From: Camelus dromedarius
Taxonomy: Eukaryota
Direction: 5' to 3'
Assembly: GCF_036321535.1 (NCBI RefSeq)
Contig: NC_087436.1
Coordinates: 41,914,001-41,978,000, forward strand
Length of the DNA stretch: 64,000 bases
Shown: piece by piece, positions 27,156 through 41,500 of the stretch
Position numbering within the stretch: position 1 is the first letter of the stretch
How the letters are laid out: every line of letters starts with the position of its first letter
The notes under the pieces: model-generated
Database searches by the model: none
What the model saw: only the letters and a program-made list of their open reading frames with translations
Told to the model about the DNA's origin: nothing
Translations under genes and position numbers: made by a program

Positions 27156-30100
27156 ACAGTAACATATTTCATGTATTTGAGAATCCTTCTTAAAATTAAA
27201 TTATAACCAAATCCCTTGATAAAAAATATAATGTGAAAGGGGCATAATGTTCATCACAGAACTCTGAAGGATACCATTTACATAGAAAATATTTTGAACA
27301 TCACCTTCTTTTGTTGGGAAATGAGAGCTGTATGGGAAATGTCACCATTAATATATTTTTGTTTTTGTTGTTTTCCTATAGGAACATCTCACTAGTTTCC
27401 TTTCATTTACAAGCAGAGTTGATAGACTAGTAGGTGTTTATCAGATGATGTCAAGACTGTTTTGTTATGAATGTGAATTGTAATTAGGCTTTAAATAAAA
27501 TTGAGCTTGAGGAGGTGACAACAAGATCTCACAGGAGCTTTTTATTTTTGAAACTCTTAAGTTTTTGTCAGAGGTTGAGAGAGACTTGCTAGAAGATGAA
27601 TTGTCTGCCATGTACAGGAGAAATCCACCTTAAAATATCTGTACTATGAATTGTAATACATTTTGGTTACAGCTTCTGTAACCAAATCATAATTCTATAT
27701 GGATAATGACATATGTATTCCATATTTATTGTTTTAATTTAAAAAATTAAAAATTAGAAATAGATGTATCTTTTCCTTGTTGGCAGTATAATAAGAAGAT
27801 TCTACTACATATGAACTTAGATGATAAATAAGATTTAATGCCTCAAATGTATATAAATTGATTCATTTGATGTTTAGCCTTTGGAAATAGTTTCTGCGAT
27901 ATGCATTTTAAAATATATGTATCTGAATGTGCATTTGGAAAATACTAAACTACATAGCATGTGAAAAATCTCCAAAAGTTTATAGAATTGATCATGAAAA
28001 TTTTAAGTAATCCAGGTTTATTCAGATATGGTAAATAACATGAAAATAAGACACAGAAATGTTTTCACATGGAGACTATTTACATAGAGGGGCACAGTGT
28101 ATTAGCAAGACCTAGGAGACGGCTTGGAAGACAGAAGTGGTTGGGTAATGCTTGCTTAAGTACAGTCTCATGTAGATAAAGTTTTTGGCATTCTTAAAAT
28201 CTGTTTGGTTGCTACAGGTAGATGTGTTTATTTACAAATAAATTTTCCTCATTTCACCATTTAGTTAGGTAAACTAAGTACTGAATTTATGCTATTATAA
28301 TGACTAAATGAAACTGACCATTGCTGTTTCAATTCTGTTATCAGTAATAACCCTTTTTTGCTTGTTTTCTAAGCCATTGGAATATTGACTTACTTGGAAT
28401 GTTCTTAAATTTTTTAATTTGTTACTCCCATCTTGTTATCCAAATATGTCAATATTCTGAAATAATGATCCTTTTTAAAAGTCTAAATAATTAAGTGATC
28501 ATGTAGGACATTAGTAGAGTAGCCCCAAATGATAAATAATAAATTTGTTAATAGATGTAGATCTGTTAACCCGATTATGTATTTAAAAGTAGATATCCTT
28601 ATTCAGAAGGAAGATTAATATATTCACTGTGGGTTGTAAAACACTGTGGCTACTGAAAAGATCATATGGATTTTAACCTGGAATTTGTTTATATTTTGAG
28701 TAGAGAGAAATTATGAATGTAATCACATAGAAGAAGGGAAGAGACTATTCCTTACTAAGAAAAAATGGATAAAAACCTGCAGATATCCCTTGATACTCTC
28801 AGTAATGTATCCCTTGCTCCCATGGGACAGAAATGGCTACAGAGATAAAATTTAAAATTAAAATCCTGAATACCTCCCATCTACAGAATTCCCCTTCTAT
28901 GGTTCTGATGCATTTTTAGAAGAATTATTAAAAGACCAACATGGTTGTCAAAGCTACAGCAGGAATCTCCGAAGCCTGTCTCCAAGATTGTAAAAATGTC
29001 ACAGAGCTCAGATGTTTCCAAGGTGCATCCACAAAAGAATGGGGAGTTGTTGAAAACTGGGAATAGAAAGTATATCTCTGTGCTCAAGAAACATTTTGGA
29101 ATTGTTACAATGCAACATTTAATGAAAGAATGATTTAATATAGCTAATAAGTGAATATCTCAACATGAAAGAGATTCCTGACTGTATGTGAGCAGAGAGT
29201 ATTTCTAGAGATGAAATTAGGGAAGTCAATTTCAACACCAGACAACAATTACTGAATATCTATGTTGTGCCAAGATCTGTTATAAGACCCCCTAGACTTG
29301 TAGTGAGTGAAGAGTGGATAGAGAATGAGAAATGTGAGCAAAGGGAAGCAGGATTCCTAAGGCAGAATATCAATATCTGACCTTGAGTAAGGAGATAGCT
29401 GCTTTAGAGGCTCACATTTTTTAAGGCCTAAAAAGTAAAATGAGAATTTTATTTTTTTGATCCCAAAGTAAAAAGTAATTTTGGCAATGAAAACAACTTA
29501 ATAGCTGTTTTTAATAATTTTTCAGTAAGATGCTCCAAGGAGTAACATCATATTTATCAAAAGTGTAATTATTTCTAAATATATTTCTACAATTTTGTAA
29601 TATTAAGAAATTGATTCTTACCTGAAGCTCTTTTGGGAGAACAATTCCCGGAGTAATAGGAAAGCACTCTTTTCCGCAGATCGCATGCAGAGAGCTAATG
29701 TGATTATATAGCTGAATACATAAGCAGAACCACATTTCATATAAAATCACAGCTATTATATTGTGCAGCTTGTGTTGGATACTAAATAAGAAACTGTATT
29801 TAACTGAGGTTATCATGACCCCAGGAAATACCTCTACCTCCCAGGTATTAGCCATCCTCTTAATGTTTTTTCCTAAGACTGTATCTTAAAATTAGGCAGG
29901 TAGGAGTGTGTATTGTTGGCAGACAGTCTGGGGAAAAAGCTAAAGTAAATCAAGGGCAAAATTTTTCTTACAAAAGGCTTCAGTGTGTGGATGTGAATTA
30001 AGAACCTCCCAAAAGGGGTATAATATAGAGTTTTTCCCAAACATTTTGAACATGGAATTACCTTTTCATGAAACTTAAATTTTACAGACCTAGTGACCCA

Positions 30101-31859
30101 TGGATCACCGTTTGGAAAATACTCTTCTGTAATCCGGACTCCTGTTTCCTTGGTTCTCCTCACTCATACAATAAAATCACCCATGATGACTCATTATTGA
30201 AGGCAGCCCAAACCTCCACACTCCGAGAACCCCAAGCCAGTTCTGAAGATGGTGACTTGTGTCTGTTTTGATTCTTCCGTGGCAGGACAAAATTTCTATC
30301 AAGCAGGCTCTCCAACGCAGAAATCAGGACTATGTGGGGTGATTCAGGTTACATTTTAAAGTTTCAACCTAACATAAAGAGAATTGGGGCCCAGTTTAGT
30401 GCAGATCCTCCTTGAGAATGTCTGGAAATATTTTGAGTTATAAATAACTTTGCTTCCATCCTCACCTAATACAGGTTTGACTTTGTTATCTTGTGCAGGT
30501 GCATTTCTCTCCCGCTGTCTGATTCCTGATGACTCTTGAAGCCATCTGTCAGTCTTTGGGCTTATGACAGCCACTTTCATTCCACAGCCCCCAAGAAGTC
30601 CTAATACAAGACAGTTCTATCTTACTACTGCTTTATCATTTACTTAAACACTTAGGCTGAGGGAAAATGAGATGATTATTTTTGTTTTTATTTTATAACA
30701 TTCTTTTAAGGAAATAATCATGCTACATGAACCATGAACTCTAAAGTTACAGTATATATGTATCTTTTTACAACTCAAAAAAACCTTGTAGGCCACAATA
30801 GAGACTTGGGAGCAAAGCTTATAGAGAAGTAAATTAAATATATAATTGAAGATGAGAAATAAAGGAACTAACTTATAAAGGAGAGCCAGTGGTTCTGAAG
30901 GGTCATACGAGTTCATATTTGATTCAAAATTCCAATCAGTTTGGTAGAACATGAAAACATAGAAACAGAGTTACAGAGAACAGGGCACACCCACAGTTTA
31001 AAATGACCCTTGCGGACTGAACCTGAGAATCCAGTTGAAGAGAAACCGGGCTTATTAAGAACTGGGAGGTATTTCACCACATTTATGGAATTTTTCTGAT
31101 CCCAGGGAGAGAACCAGAGTGCTAAGCAGAGAGAGAAGCAGAAGCTCATCTCACATACTCTCAGAATGGACCGCAGTCAGTGGCTTAGAATTCTGTGGAC
31201 ATAGAGATGCCAATGGCATTCCTCCATAACAAAGTTTAGGGCACAAGACAAAACAATCCACAACCACCAGGAAGGGAGTCAAAGACACATGGAGTGCTTT
31301 GCTGATACAGTCAAATAAAATTTACAGCATTGTAAATGCACTTCAGGTTTAATGATTTCTATAACCTTCATTGTGTTCTTTTGATAATCAAGCAGAAAAT
31401 ACCATCTCTTCACATACGTGACATGAATTAATATTACAAGGTCAAACTAATTTTCAATTTTTCTCTTCTCTTTGCATGTATCTTTAACTGTTCAGTATTC
31501 AAAAAGCTCTCCTCGAACTATGAGACCACTCCCCTTACTACTATATTCATTCATTGTGCAGTTACCTCCAACCATGGGGACCAACGTTTGAATGCAATGA
31601 CAATGTGGGACTTAAACTCTGTTTCTCCTGTTAGGGGGGAGGTAGAGGTTTCAGCAACACAGTCATCCTGTTGTGGGAAAGACATGCTTAGTGTGGCCAT
31701 GGAAGTATTGACTTTTCCCCTCAAAACCTTTCTCAACTCTTCCCCCACCTCACTGAATGAATGTCAGATATCTGAATCACTAATGAAATCACTCCACTTT
31801 ACTTTCCATGTCAGTCCATCAATAATTACACTCTTTACTTCTTTCCATTCCTAGTATGA

Positions 31860-32650
31860 CCAGTAGAAGCCGGACCTTTATTTTCTCTTACTGGAACTAC
31901 TACAAAAGCCTCCTAAATGATTTCTGTTTTCCCTCTAGTTTTCCTACAATTCATTCTCAGCAAGTAGCCAGAGGAATCAATTTAAAATGTAAATCATATC
32001 CTATGTGAGGTGAAGTAGACTGTGGTGTATTAGGAAGATGCCAGGGTCATTCCTGACACAGAACCCTGTTCTCACTGGCCCCTTTGCCAGGAGCACACCC
32101 CCAGAGCCCCCATTCTGGGCATAGCTGGCTTCTCATTTCTCTCTCAAGGAAACTGCCACTTTTTCAGGGAGACCTTCATGGTCCTCATTGCCCATCCTGT
32201 TAAAATGCAGGTACTCTGTTGTATTAGTTTCGATAATAGCTTGTATAATGATTAATTTTGCATCACTAATATGAATATTAATTAAATAATGATTTGATCT
32301 GCCATGTGTATAAACTGTGTGTCTAAAAAGAATGTAAGCTCTGTGAGAGCAACAAACTTGGTGGTTTTGTCTACCAGGCACCTTCTCTCTCCATAACCTT
32401 ACATAGCTTATTTAGGCTCTCAGCAACTTATTTCTCTCACTTGTAAGATTGAGTTAATAAAGGGATCGTGGAGAGATTTAAAAAGATAATTCGAGTGGGG
32501 TGCGTCTAAGAGTACCTAACACACAGTAAAAGCTCAGTTCTAGTAGATATTGTTACCACTCTCCACCATGTCCTTAGTACCTAGAAGAGTGCCTAAAACA
32601 GGAAGCCAGGATTCTATCAGTATTGTTTGAATGGATAGATGAGTGAATGA
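31860..32650 (+). mobile_element. L2 fragments with an embedded MIR remnant
   Basis: cattctcagcaagtagccagagg, aatgtaagctctgtgagagca, tgtttgaatggatagatgagtgaatga. Confidence 0.6.
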
Positions 32651-33829
32651 CGGCACGAGGAGGAAGAGAGCCTAGAGAGCTTCAGATTCCTGGCTTCCTG
32701 GAGACTTAAGTGAGAGAAGAGAGATGGCACTGAGAGACTTAGGTGATGGGCAGAAAGACAAGAAGATAATTGTTCTGAAACATGATGTCTTTCTGCCCAG
32801 CAAGTCATTCTTCAAACTGAATATGATTTCAGCAGAAGGACCCCCAAACCCCAAACCTTTCTCCCCACAACAGACACCCAGATCTCTTCAGTATTATTAT
32901 GAGATACATGTGTTCATTCTACCTTAGTTAACTCACCAATCCCACAATCATAGCTAAACTGCTCAATAAGAAATTCCTTAGAAGACTTAACATGTTGGCA
33001 TAATAATTTTTGTCAATTTATAAATTATATCAGACAATTTCCTCTTTGCGTAGCGATAAGAGTTTATCACAAAAAAAAAAAAGAAAAGAAAAAAGGAAGA
33101 GAATAGATTCCTGAAGGAATGGAGATTGCCTCTAAGAGGAAAGAGTGTGCATGAAGGGAGGCAGAAACTATCAAAGGCAAACTTCAAAAGCTTCATGCTT
33201 TCACCCTGGGTCAGTCCTATTCATCTTCATTTGTACACTGACAAATAGTCTCGGCACAAAAGTTCATGAAATCCCGAATCTGTTTCATCTTGGGTGGCCA
33301 TACCGACTTTTTGTAGTGAGACCTGAAGTTATTAAGGTTGAACCAAATGTTAAGGCAAACATGTTCAATTTTGGCACTCTCCTTGTGTTGTCTGGGTGGG
33401 CCATTTAAACTTTCCATGAAGCAATTTTTTTTCTCTTGGAAAATAAGTATAGATGTAACCTCTTCTGATTCCCACATCAAGATCTTGTAAGGATAAATAA
33501 GACACCATTTATATTTGAATTACTGAATATAAAAAAGACTGTACAAGACCGACAAACAAAAACTATCACCCTTAAATATTTGGAAATTTTGAAAGCATTA
33601 CCCTATACCAAAGTATGTATATAGTCATGCCTTATTAATTATGTAGGCAAAAACAAACAAACAAACAGACAAAAAAGAAAACAGAGGAAAGGCATAGAAA
33701 AAGGTAGGAGATGGGGAATAGTTCAGTGGACAGGGTGATTTGGGGGAAACAGCAGTGCATATGGTTTAATTGGAAATGTGGGGGCACTGCTGATACCTAA
33801 TTGGTGGGAAGAGAATGACATTTTAAGTG

Positions 33830-34015
33830 ATCATTAACAATATGTATTGAGTTCTAAGTACCAGGCACTTAGCTAAGCACTTTGTATGCCTTATGCAATG
33901 TAACTCCCTCAGTAACGGTGTGAAGCAAATGTTAAGCATGACCCCATTTCACAGATAAGGGAAAAGATGAGAGAAGTGAAATGACCAACAAAGTTGAGTC
34001 ATTTACTGAATGGCC
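33830..34015 (-). mobile_element. MIR SINE
   Basis: tattgagttctaagtaccaggcacttagctaagcacttt...ccccatttcacagataagg. Confidence 0.7.
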
Positions 34016-36069
34016 TCCCTGACCTCAAGGGTGAAGCACATTGACTGCCTTTGGGATGTTAGCAGGACTGCAGAGTGTAAGGTAGAACAGAGGAAGTGGA
34101 GAATATGGCTAGCAGTCTACAGTGTTTTAAAAGTCCAAGGAAAAGACAATGAGGCCTGCCTAAAGTGATGGCAAGTTGATTGGGGAGGGGGGGGAAGACT
34201 GTTTGATTTTACTTAGATTGCCCCAAAGAAAGCATCAAGTGTGGGCCACTTCCCCAGTCTAAATTAAATTGCTTATTGCATCTGTCACAACATGCTCTAG
34301 ATTTCTTTTGTTGCACACTTATCACAAGTTGTAATTAAACATCTGTGTGATCCTCTATTTAATCTCTTTGCCCTTCTCTTGTCAGTGTAGTCCAAGTTTA
34401 CAGAGGCTGTGCAGGCCAAGCCCAACACTCTGTCCACCTATAGTAATTATGTACTGAATTTAATGATGGATGGTGGATAAGTAAATGTGGAATAAAGAAT
34501 GACTTCAAAAACCCAGAGGTAGAATGTTGAGCAGATGGGGCTGGAGTGGTGAGGAGAACAGGAGAAGGAAGAACTTAAAAAAAAAAAAACCAACAACTAT
34601 TGCAAAATATGAAAGCTCAGGGACTGTTCATTGAACAAAACAAGAAAGCCAGAAAAAGGAACTCGCTAAGAAAAAGAGGCATGAATTTTTTTTAAAGCTA
34701 TATTCCACAGTATTTACCAATAAGCTCAACTAGTTCAGTAGTTTTATTTTTAACTCCACTCTTTTTAGTATTTAGTTTGCTTTTGGGGAGAACTTTTTAA
34801 AAATAGTGTATATAACTGAGTCAAACTAATAGGTCTATTTTTTCCTTTTTCTATTTAATTGATAATATTTAAATAAGATTGGCTGGGATTATACCCATTA
34901 TAACTGTAATCTTGGATAATCATAGACTACATAGCTTATCATACAACCTGTTAATTATTTAGTCATTTCTTTCTCCTTTTTTCTTTGCAAATTTTCAGGA
35001 CAGCCGTCTTAATTCTGGGGGAATAAAAAGTTAAGTTCACAAATTTTTGAGGCAAGTGCTTAGCTACCATAACTTACGCTCAAAAGACATTGTCTAAACC
35101 TCTGGCAATTCGCCTTAAAAGATGGATAGCAGTAACTAAAAATCAGTCTTTGTAAATCTCTGGTTTGAAATGAGTTGCTCATTTCCATCAGAACAAAGTA
35201 AGCCTCCTTTAAAAAAATCCATTTAAAAAATTGAAAAAAGCATTCCGAATCAGTAAGCAAACTAAAAAGCCCAAGGATAAGAGAGTTCTGAATTACACCA
35301 CGTATATTGACATACGAATATTAACAGTGGAAGGACTGGCAGAAAACGTACAGGACTAACTGATGCAGAGACTACTGGTATGCTCTTATCCTGTCTATAA
35401 ACAAGGAATTCACGTAGAATAATTCTAAAATCAGAAATTAGGAAAATGTTTGCCACGTTTAGAGAATAATTCTTTATGGGATTACTTATTCCTACCTGTC
35501 CTTTCCTTGTTCATATCTCAAGATTTGCAATTAACACCCTATAAAATACAAATTGCTCTTTAGTTTATAAAAATCCAAGCTTACAACTCAATAATTGTGC
35601 CTTAAAAATGGCAGGAGAGGTAGCACGGTTAAATAAAACACTCAGTTGCAACTTAAACAAAAGTTATGTTCCTATCTCTTACCAACAAATACAAGATTTG
35701 TCTACATCCAACAATTCTGAAATATTTTCCTCAAGGAAAAGAAGTATAATAATCAGAAATTCAAGAAATGTCTCACACAGAAATGAAAAATGATTTCAGC
35801 GCTGTGTGGTTAGAGAATTGCCTCTCAGCAATTTATAATATGCTTAGGACTTAACCACTTCATAATTTGGTAACCTTCAATAAAAGTAATAACAATAGTG
35901 ATTATAGTACCTGAAATATGAATAGCACATAACAGTAGCCGTCAAACACCCAAAAAGCAACAAAGCCCACATTATTCTGTTTCACTCATGCAATCACATT
36001 TGAAAAAGAGGCATCCCAAAGCTTCATATTTATTTTTCTAAAATCATGTTAATTTCTTATTTATTTCAG

Positions 36070-36157
36070 GCATTACTAGAGACTCAAAATTTACTGCGCA
36101 CTCAGGTTGCAAATTTTACCTTCAACCTTGGATTTTCAGGGAAGTTTTACCACACAG
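36070..36157 (+). CDS. NDST4: NDST4 internal coding exon (88 bp, probably exon 3; phase 0 to 1), N-deacetylase domain
   Basis: Acceptor ...tttcttatttatttcAG at 36068-36069 and donor GTaaga at 36158. Translates [29 protein letters not shown](G), recognisable as NDST3/NDST4 family. Splices in frame to the exon at 42777. Confidence 0.95.
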
Positions 36158-36453
36158 GTAAGAAGGAGCTTTGTGTTCTCAGGCAGCTACATATAACTAG
36201 GAGAGGGGATTTTTAATGTTGCATAAGTAGGAGAAATGGAGTATCCAGACCGATTATGGGAAAAACTTGGGTGCATTACGAGTGGCCAAATCCAAAATCA
36301 ATGAGTTTGTTTACTTTGGCAAATACTGTTAGAATCATGGGCAAAAGAGGAAAGAACTGACTTTGTCAGCTTAGTAAAAGAAGCTATAACCATTGTTCTA
36401 AATGTGTCTGTGAATCTTGTGTCAGCGTAGTCTAAGTAGGAAGCATGGTGACC

Positions 36454-36503
36454 ATGATGATGATAATGATGACAATGGCATAATAATGGTGATAATGATA
36501 ATG
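36454..36503. repeat. Degenerate (ATG/ATA)n trinucleotide repeat
   Basis: atgatgatgataatgatgacaatggcataataatggtgataatgataatg. Confidence 0.8.
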
Positions 36504-39500
36504 GACAGTGCTTTTAAATTATAGGACAATCTAGGTGACAGCCAGTTTTGTATATATTATTTTCCTTTGTAAAATACCTGATGATGAGAGAGGAATTTTA
36601 TAGCCCCAAAGAAGTTTACTAGATTTTCAGAATCATCTTGCTGAATTTACCATCCCTTGCAGGATTTTCTTTAAAAATATTAGAATGACTTGACCCAACA
36701 TGCATTAAACCCATCACAGTCAGTCTTGTAGTTCTTTCCACATTTATCGGGTCACAGTTGCACCTCTGTTCAGTCTCAGCCTCTCAACAAATTCTCAGAA
36801 CGTGGTTAGCGTTCCTGCACTACTCTATGTTCTGATATTTCTCACTTCTTTACCCATCTTCACCTCCAGAATGTGACTCTCATTTTCTGAGGAGCAGCGT
36901 TATAATGTCAGGCACTAGTATAGACAAAAGTATGTGCGTAAAAGTGATTGTCTTATAATAATAACAAAAATGGCACAAAGTGGTGTCTCAGAGCCTGTAC
37001 TAGGGCAATACCTATTATCTGTTCCTATTTCTGAATCTGTAGTGAAAGCTAAATGCTTTGTTTAGGACTTTGCCTTGTTGTTACTTTATAGTATCTTAGT
37101 GAAAACATTTCCTAGTATTCTCTATGCGTGCATGCAGTTTATTGACTCATTAAAAATTCCCATGCAAAGGTAGTCTTTAATTATCATAAATGCAGTTCGT
37201 TTACCCAAAGAGACTTTTTAATGTTTACCCAAATAGGCTCAGCCTGGTTTCTTAGAATATTGAAGCAGCAATGTCTTATTGGCTTTTCTTTTGTGCTTTT
37301 TTTTCTCCTGCTTTGAAACATGTAAAACTGTTTAAAGTAATAGAAGGATAATTTGTATTTAGACCAGTTGATAAATCAAATCATTGCATATTTTAAAAGG
37401 ACATTTTGCAGAAAAAGATTTGGGTCAGCATATCTGCACAGGCAAAGCAATTCCAGCTTACAATTTTGAAAATAGACATGGTTTTGTATATCTTTTTCAA
37501 AAGCCCCCTCAAGAAATGAGTTCAGACCTAAGAAGCATTGACTATGAAGTTATAAAGTAGATAACTCTAAGGCTGTATCTCCTCATGCTGGGGGAAAAAT
37601 ACGGGATTATTTGGAATTCACACACAAACAATACTATTTTGTCTTAAATAGCCGTATAGGGTAAGTAAAGTCATTTTTTGTTTGAAATATATCTGGATAA
37701 CTGCCTCAGCTTTTATTTGCTTTTCATATTGAGACCTATTAAACCTGCCAGACATTTGCAGAGTTAATGTTGATAGCAGGTTATAACACTTGCCATTTCT
37801 TTTTCCTGAACATGTTTGTACTACACATCCACTCAGAAATGAATAGCACACTAGCTAATATCACAGGGATGGTTGTTGGAGGAGGATATCAAACAACAAC
37901 AACAACAACAACAAAAAAAGACATTTTAATTGCATGTCTTAAATGGACCTCATTGACACTTTCTGTTGGTACTGACCTAATAAAAATAATGGGAGAAGCA
38001 CTCTCTTCTGTTATGCTGCACTGACAGTGCATTTTAGAGACTACACTGTAATATATACATATACACACACATATATATATAAGTCCTAGAGGTTTAATTA
38101 ACTTCACATACATATGAAACTTTATTTGATTTGCTATATTGAAATGCGTCTGTAACATTTTTCAAGGGTGCAATCATACTATATTAAGTACTTACTTATT
38201 CACTCGAGGATATCACGGTTCTTCCACAGTGGAGTTAAACACTGATGATACCCACTATCGGGAGGGCGTGCCTCTTCCCTGTGTAATCACACTCCTATAT
38301 GGAGGTTTCACTATCAGGAGGCTGACAAATCAGAAGAGCGCTTCCCTTACCTGTGCGCTTGACTGGGATGTGTAACCATGAGAAGATGGCCTTGTCACAA
38401 GGCCTGTCTCAGCTCTCTCCCAGGATGACCTAATTTCCCAGGGCACGAAGATGCTGATTGATGAGCCTTATCGTTCTGAGGACATTTAATCACATATGCC
38501 CAGTGCAATAATGATAGATTCTGCATTCTTAGGCCGCTTCATTTATTTGTATTTCCCATGTATTCTTTCCTGTTCAGTTTCTCTGTCCTTCACACGCTAA
38601 AAACAATCTCACCCAAAAAAGGACGTATTACTAAGCCTTCCCCAAAAGGCAGTCACTCACAGGCGCCACATTGAAAGGAGAAAGACATACTGTTGATTAA
38701 AAGTAAAACAATAAAGGCATGGAGTTCAGAGTAAAATATTCTAGTCTGGCAATATTTAAAGCTTGATTAGAACTGCACAGTGAAGGCTCAGGTGAAAAAT
38801 GGAGATATGACACGATTAAGATGCTTGTAGGAATGAAGGGCTGCAAATATTTCTTGTAGGACATGATTTCTAGTGACAATCAGTTCCATTCTTCGTAATT
38901 TATAATAAATTGAATATGACTCAAACAATTACCTCATGTATAATATTTGCAAATTGGATAAATATTGCTCTTTTTCCATGAGAGTTCATTTTACAAGAAA
39001 ATAGACTTTTATATAAAACTATCAACTTTTAATAACGGAAAAAGCAATGTTACATTCATTCTCTTTTGTTTGTTTTTGTTTTCGCTTTTCTGTATAACAT
39101 TGGTTCAAAAAGACATTGGAAACAGCCCGCTTTTTTTTAATTCCAGGCTCTGACATTTCACTAACTATGTGAACGTAAACAGATTACTTTTCTGTGCCTC
39201 AATTTCTGCATCTCCAAAATGGGAAAAATAGTAATATCTCTCTTATGTACATGTCTCTTATTTACATGTGTTACATGACACATGTCATGCTATGTATTTA
39301 TTATTATGAGTTTTAAAAGTATTTTTGTATAAAAATCAAGTACTATCTATTTTTCAATTTTTGAACTATAGATAACTTTTAATCAATTTTCATTACCAAA
39401 CAATTCTTTTTATTTAGTATGCTGTTTAAAATTATTCTATACTCACCAATATGAACCTGTGCCAGGTTCAGTGTACAAAGAAAGTTAGAAATGTCTTTTT

Positions 39501-39798
39501 GCCATTTAGGGATTATAATTTTTCATATATAGTAGCAAATATAAGACAAACATTTGTACAAAAGCAATAATGCAGCACTAGAATTTTATGTTTCTAATTT
39601 TAATGTCACACTGTGCCTAGTGGAAACTAACCTATAGCCCAGATCCTGCTAAAATTATTCTTATTTTGGCAGACTTAAAACTTTTAGAAGTACACTGTCT
39701 TCTCATAGCACATATCCTCCAAGAGGGGAGACAAAGAAATGAGTTCTTAAATAGTTTATTTCTGAATTAAAACACTGCTAATTAGGAAAGTAAAATGA

Positions 39799-39902
39799 TA
39801 GAATATGAAAACAAATATATGTATATTCATGTATGACTGAAGCATTGTGCTATACACCAGAAATTGACAGAACATTATAAACTGACTATACTTCAATTTA
39901 AA
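39799..39902 (+). mobile_element. 5'-truncated younger L1 3' end (camelid-like) with TSD
   Basis: ...catgtatgactgaagcattgtgctatacaccagaaattgac...actgactatacttcaattt plus A tail. TSD aaagtaaaatga (39787-39798) / aaagaaaaatga (39903-39914). Confidence 0.85.
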
Positions 39903-41299
39903 AAAGAAAAATGACTTAACTTTTAAATGAGAGCAAAAACTATCATATTTTTAATTAATAATGATGTAAGTTTGAATCTAGACCAAGTTAGAAGTGAAAG
40001 GCTCAGTTTGAACATAGACCCTTTAATGAACAGGCACTAGTGATAAATATAGTGAAGTATGAACTACAAATTATAGTCTCACATGTCATTTAAACATCAG
40101 TTAGGTATAGAAAAATACGTGTTTACAGTGAGTCAAAAATTTAATATTTTCATTTAGTTGGATTTGAAAACATTTGAAATTCTGCTTTGGTCCCTCAGCA
40201 TGACTTAATGTCATATTTTTCATTAAGCAATTTCTAGTGTCATGAGCTGGCCTTATGTGGCTTTGAATTATATGACCTGTATAAAATGAGAAAAAGGCTG
40301 ATGGGAAATTAATCTATGGATAAAAAAAAAAAAAAGAGGTTTTAAATATCACTTCTAACCTTGTAGAGAGTGCTTATAAATTAACACACTCTCTGATATA
40401 AAAATTACCAAGATTTTATGATCAGTCATGCATCTGTTTATATGAATAGTCTGCAAAAATTTTTCTTTAAATTGAGTAATTGACCTCCTTCCTGATCAAG
40501 TATGCATAATGTGCTTCCTGCCTCTTCCAGTAACAGTCTGTGGAGTTCAAAGTGAATGGAAGCGTTTCTCACACATTCTGTATTCAAAGCACAACAGAAC
40601 TGTGGGAGAACCATCAATTCATTCATCACATGTGAGATAAAGTAGCTCTTTCTAACTTACGCCTTAGTCTGCTAAATTATGACCACGAGAAACACTTGGT
40701 CTATAGTATAAACAATTCATACTTAAATCTATCTGAAGGAAGTGCCAAACTTCCCTTCATTTGGATTTCAATATTTGAAATTCTTAATATATTAAAGCTT
40801 AATGAATTGTAAGTCTATATTGCTAACAATTTTGGCTCAAGTTAACAAAAATTAAGAATTTTTGTCTGTTCATCTTATTCATAGAACTTCATCACTTTCA
40901 AAACTAATATTTCTTTATCCTTTAGTAGCAACTGTTACAGTAGTAATAGTGCCAAAACGCTAATTAAACTTGGTGGTCCTTCCACCTTTTGAAAACTGTG
41001 GATTGTGAACTACGTACCAGGAAGGATGCTACGCTTAAATACACACAAAAGTTGACATGCACTTAAGCAGACATATGAAGGCTCTAAAGTTCACTGACTA
41101 TACATTAACACAGACAGAACTAAATTATTCCCTTATTTACTCTCCTGGGGAAGTGGCATGAGACAATGTAAGTTAAAGGGATCCAGACTTTAAGAATTTA
41201 ATCATCTAGGCCGGCAATGTTTTTAAGAATGTGTAAAAGTATGTAAATTTAGAACACCGCAGGTATAAGCCGGTAGATTTATTTTTAAGAAGAAAATGA

Positions 41300-41500
41300 T
41301 CCTAACATTTATGAAATGCTTACTGTCTGCAAGTCACAATGTTAAGTGGCTTAATAAGTTGATCTCATTGACTCTTCACAAGAGCCTATGAGATGGACAT
41401 TTACATCCCCATTTTAAACCAGGTAACCAAGACTCGGAAGTTAAGTGTACAAGATCACATATATGCCTCACAAATGCAGGTTTTAAACCATTTCATGGCA
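41300..41500 (-). mobile_element. MIR SINE
   Basis: taacatttatgaaatgcttact...tcttcacaagagcctatgag...ccccattttaaa. Confidence 0.7.

Noticed and set aside
27662..27686. Perfect 11-bp stem, 3-nt loop hairpin tttggttacag-ctt-ctgtaaccaaa
   Set aside because: A single stem of this size is roughly compatible with chance in 64 kb of AT-rich DNA, and there is no supporting context.
29511..29855. 114-aa minus-strand ORF with nearby splice-like signals (minus-strand donor near 29620, plus-strand acceptor near 29679)
   Set aside because: No protein similarity recognised and no matched acceptor-donor pair. Isolated splice motifs are common in introns.
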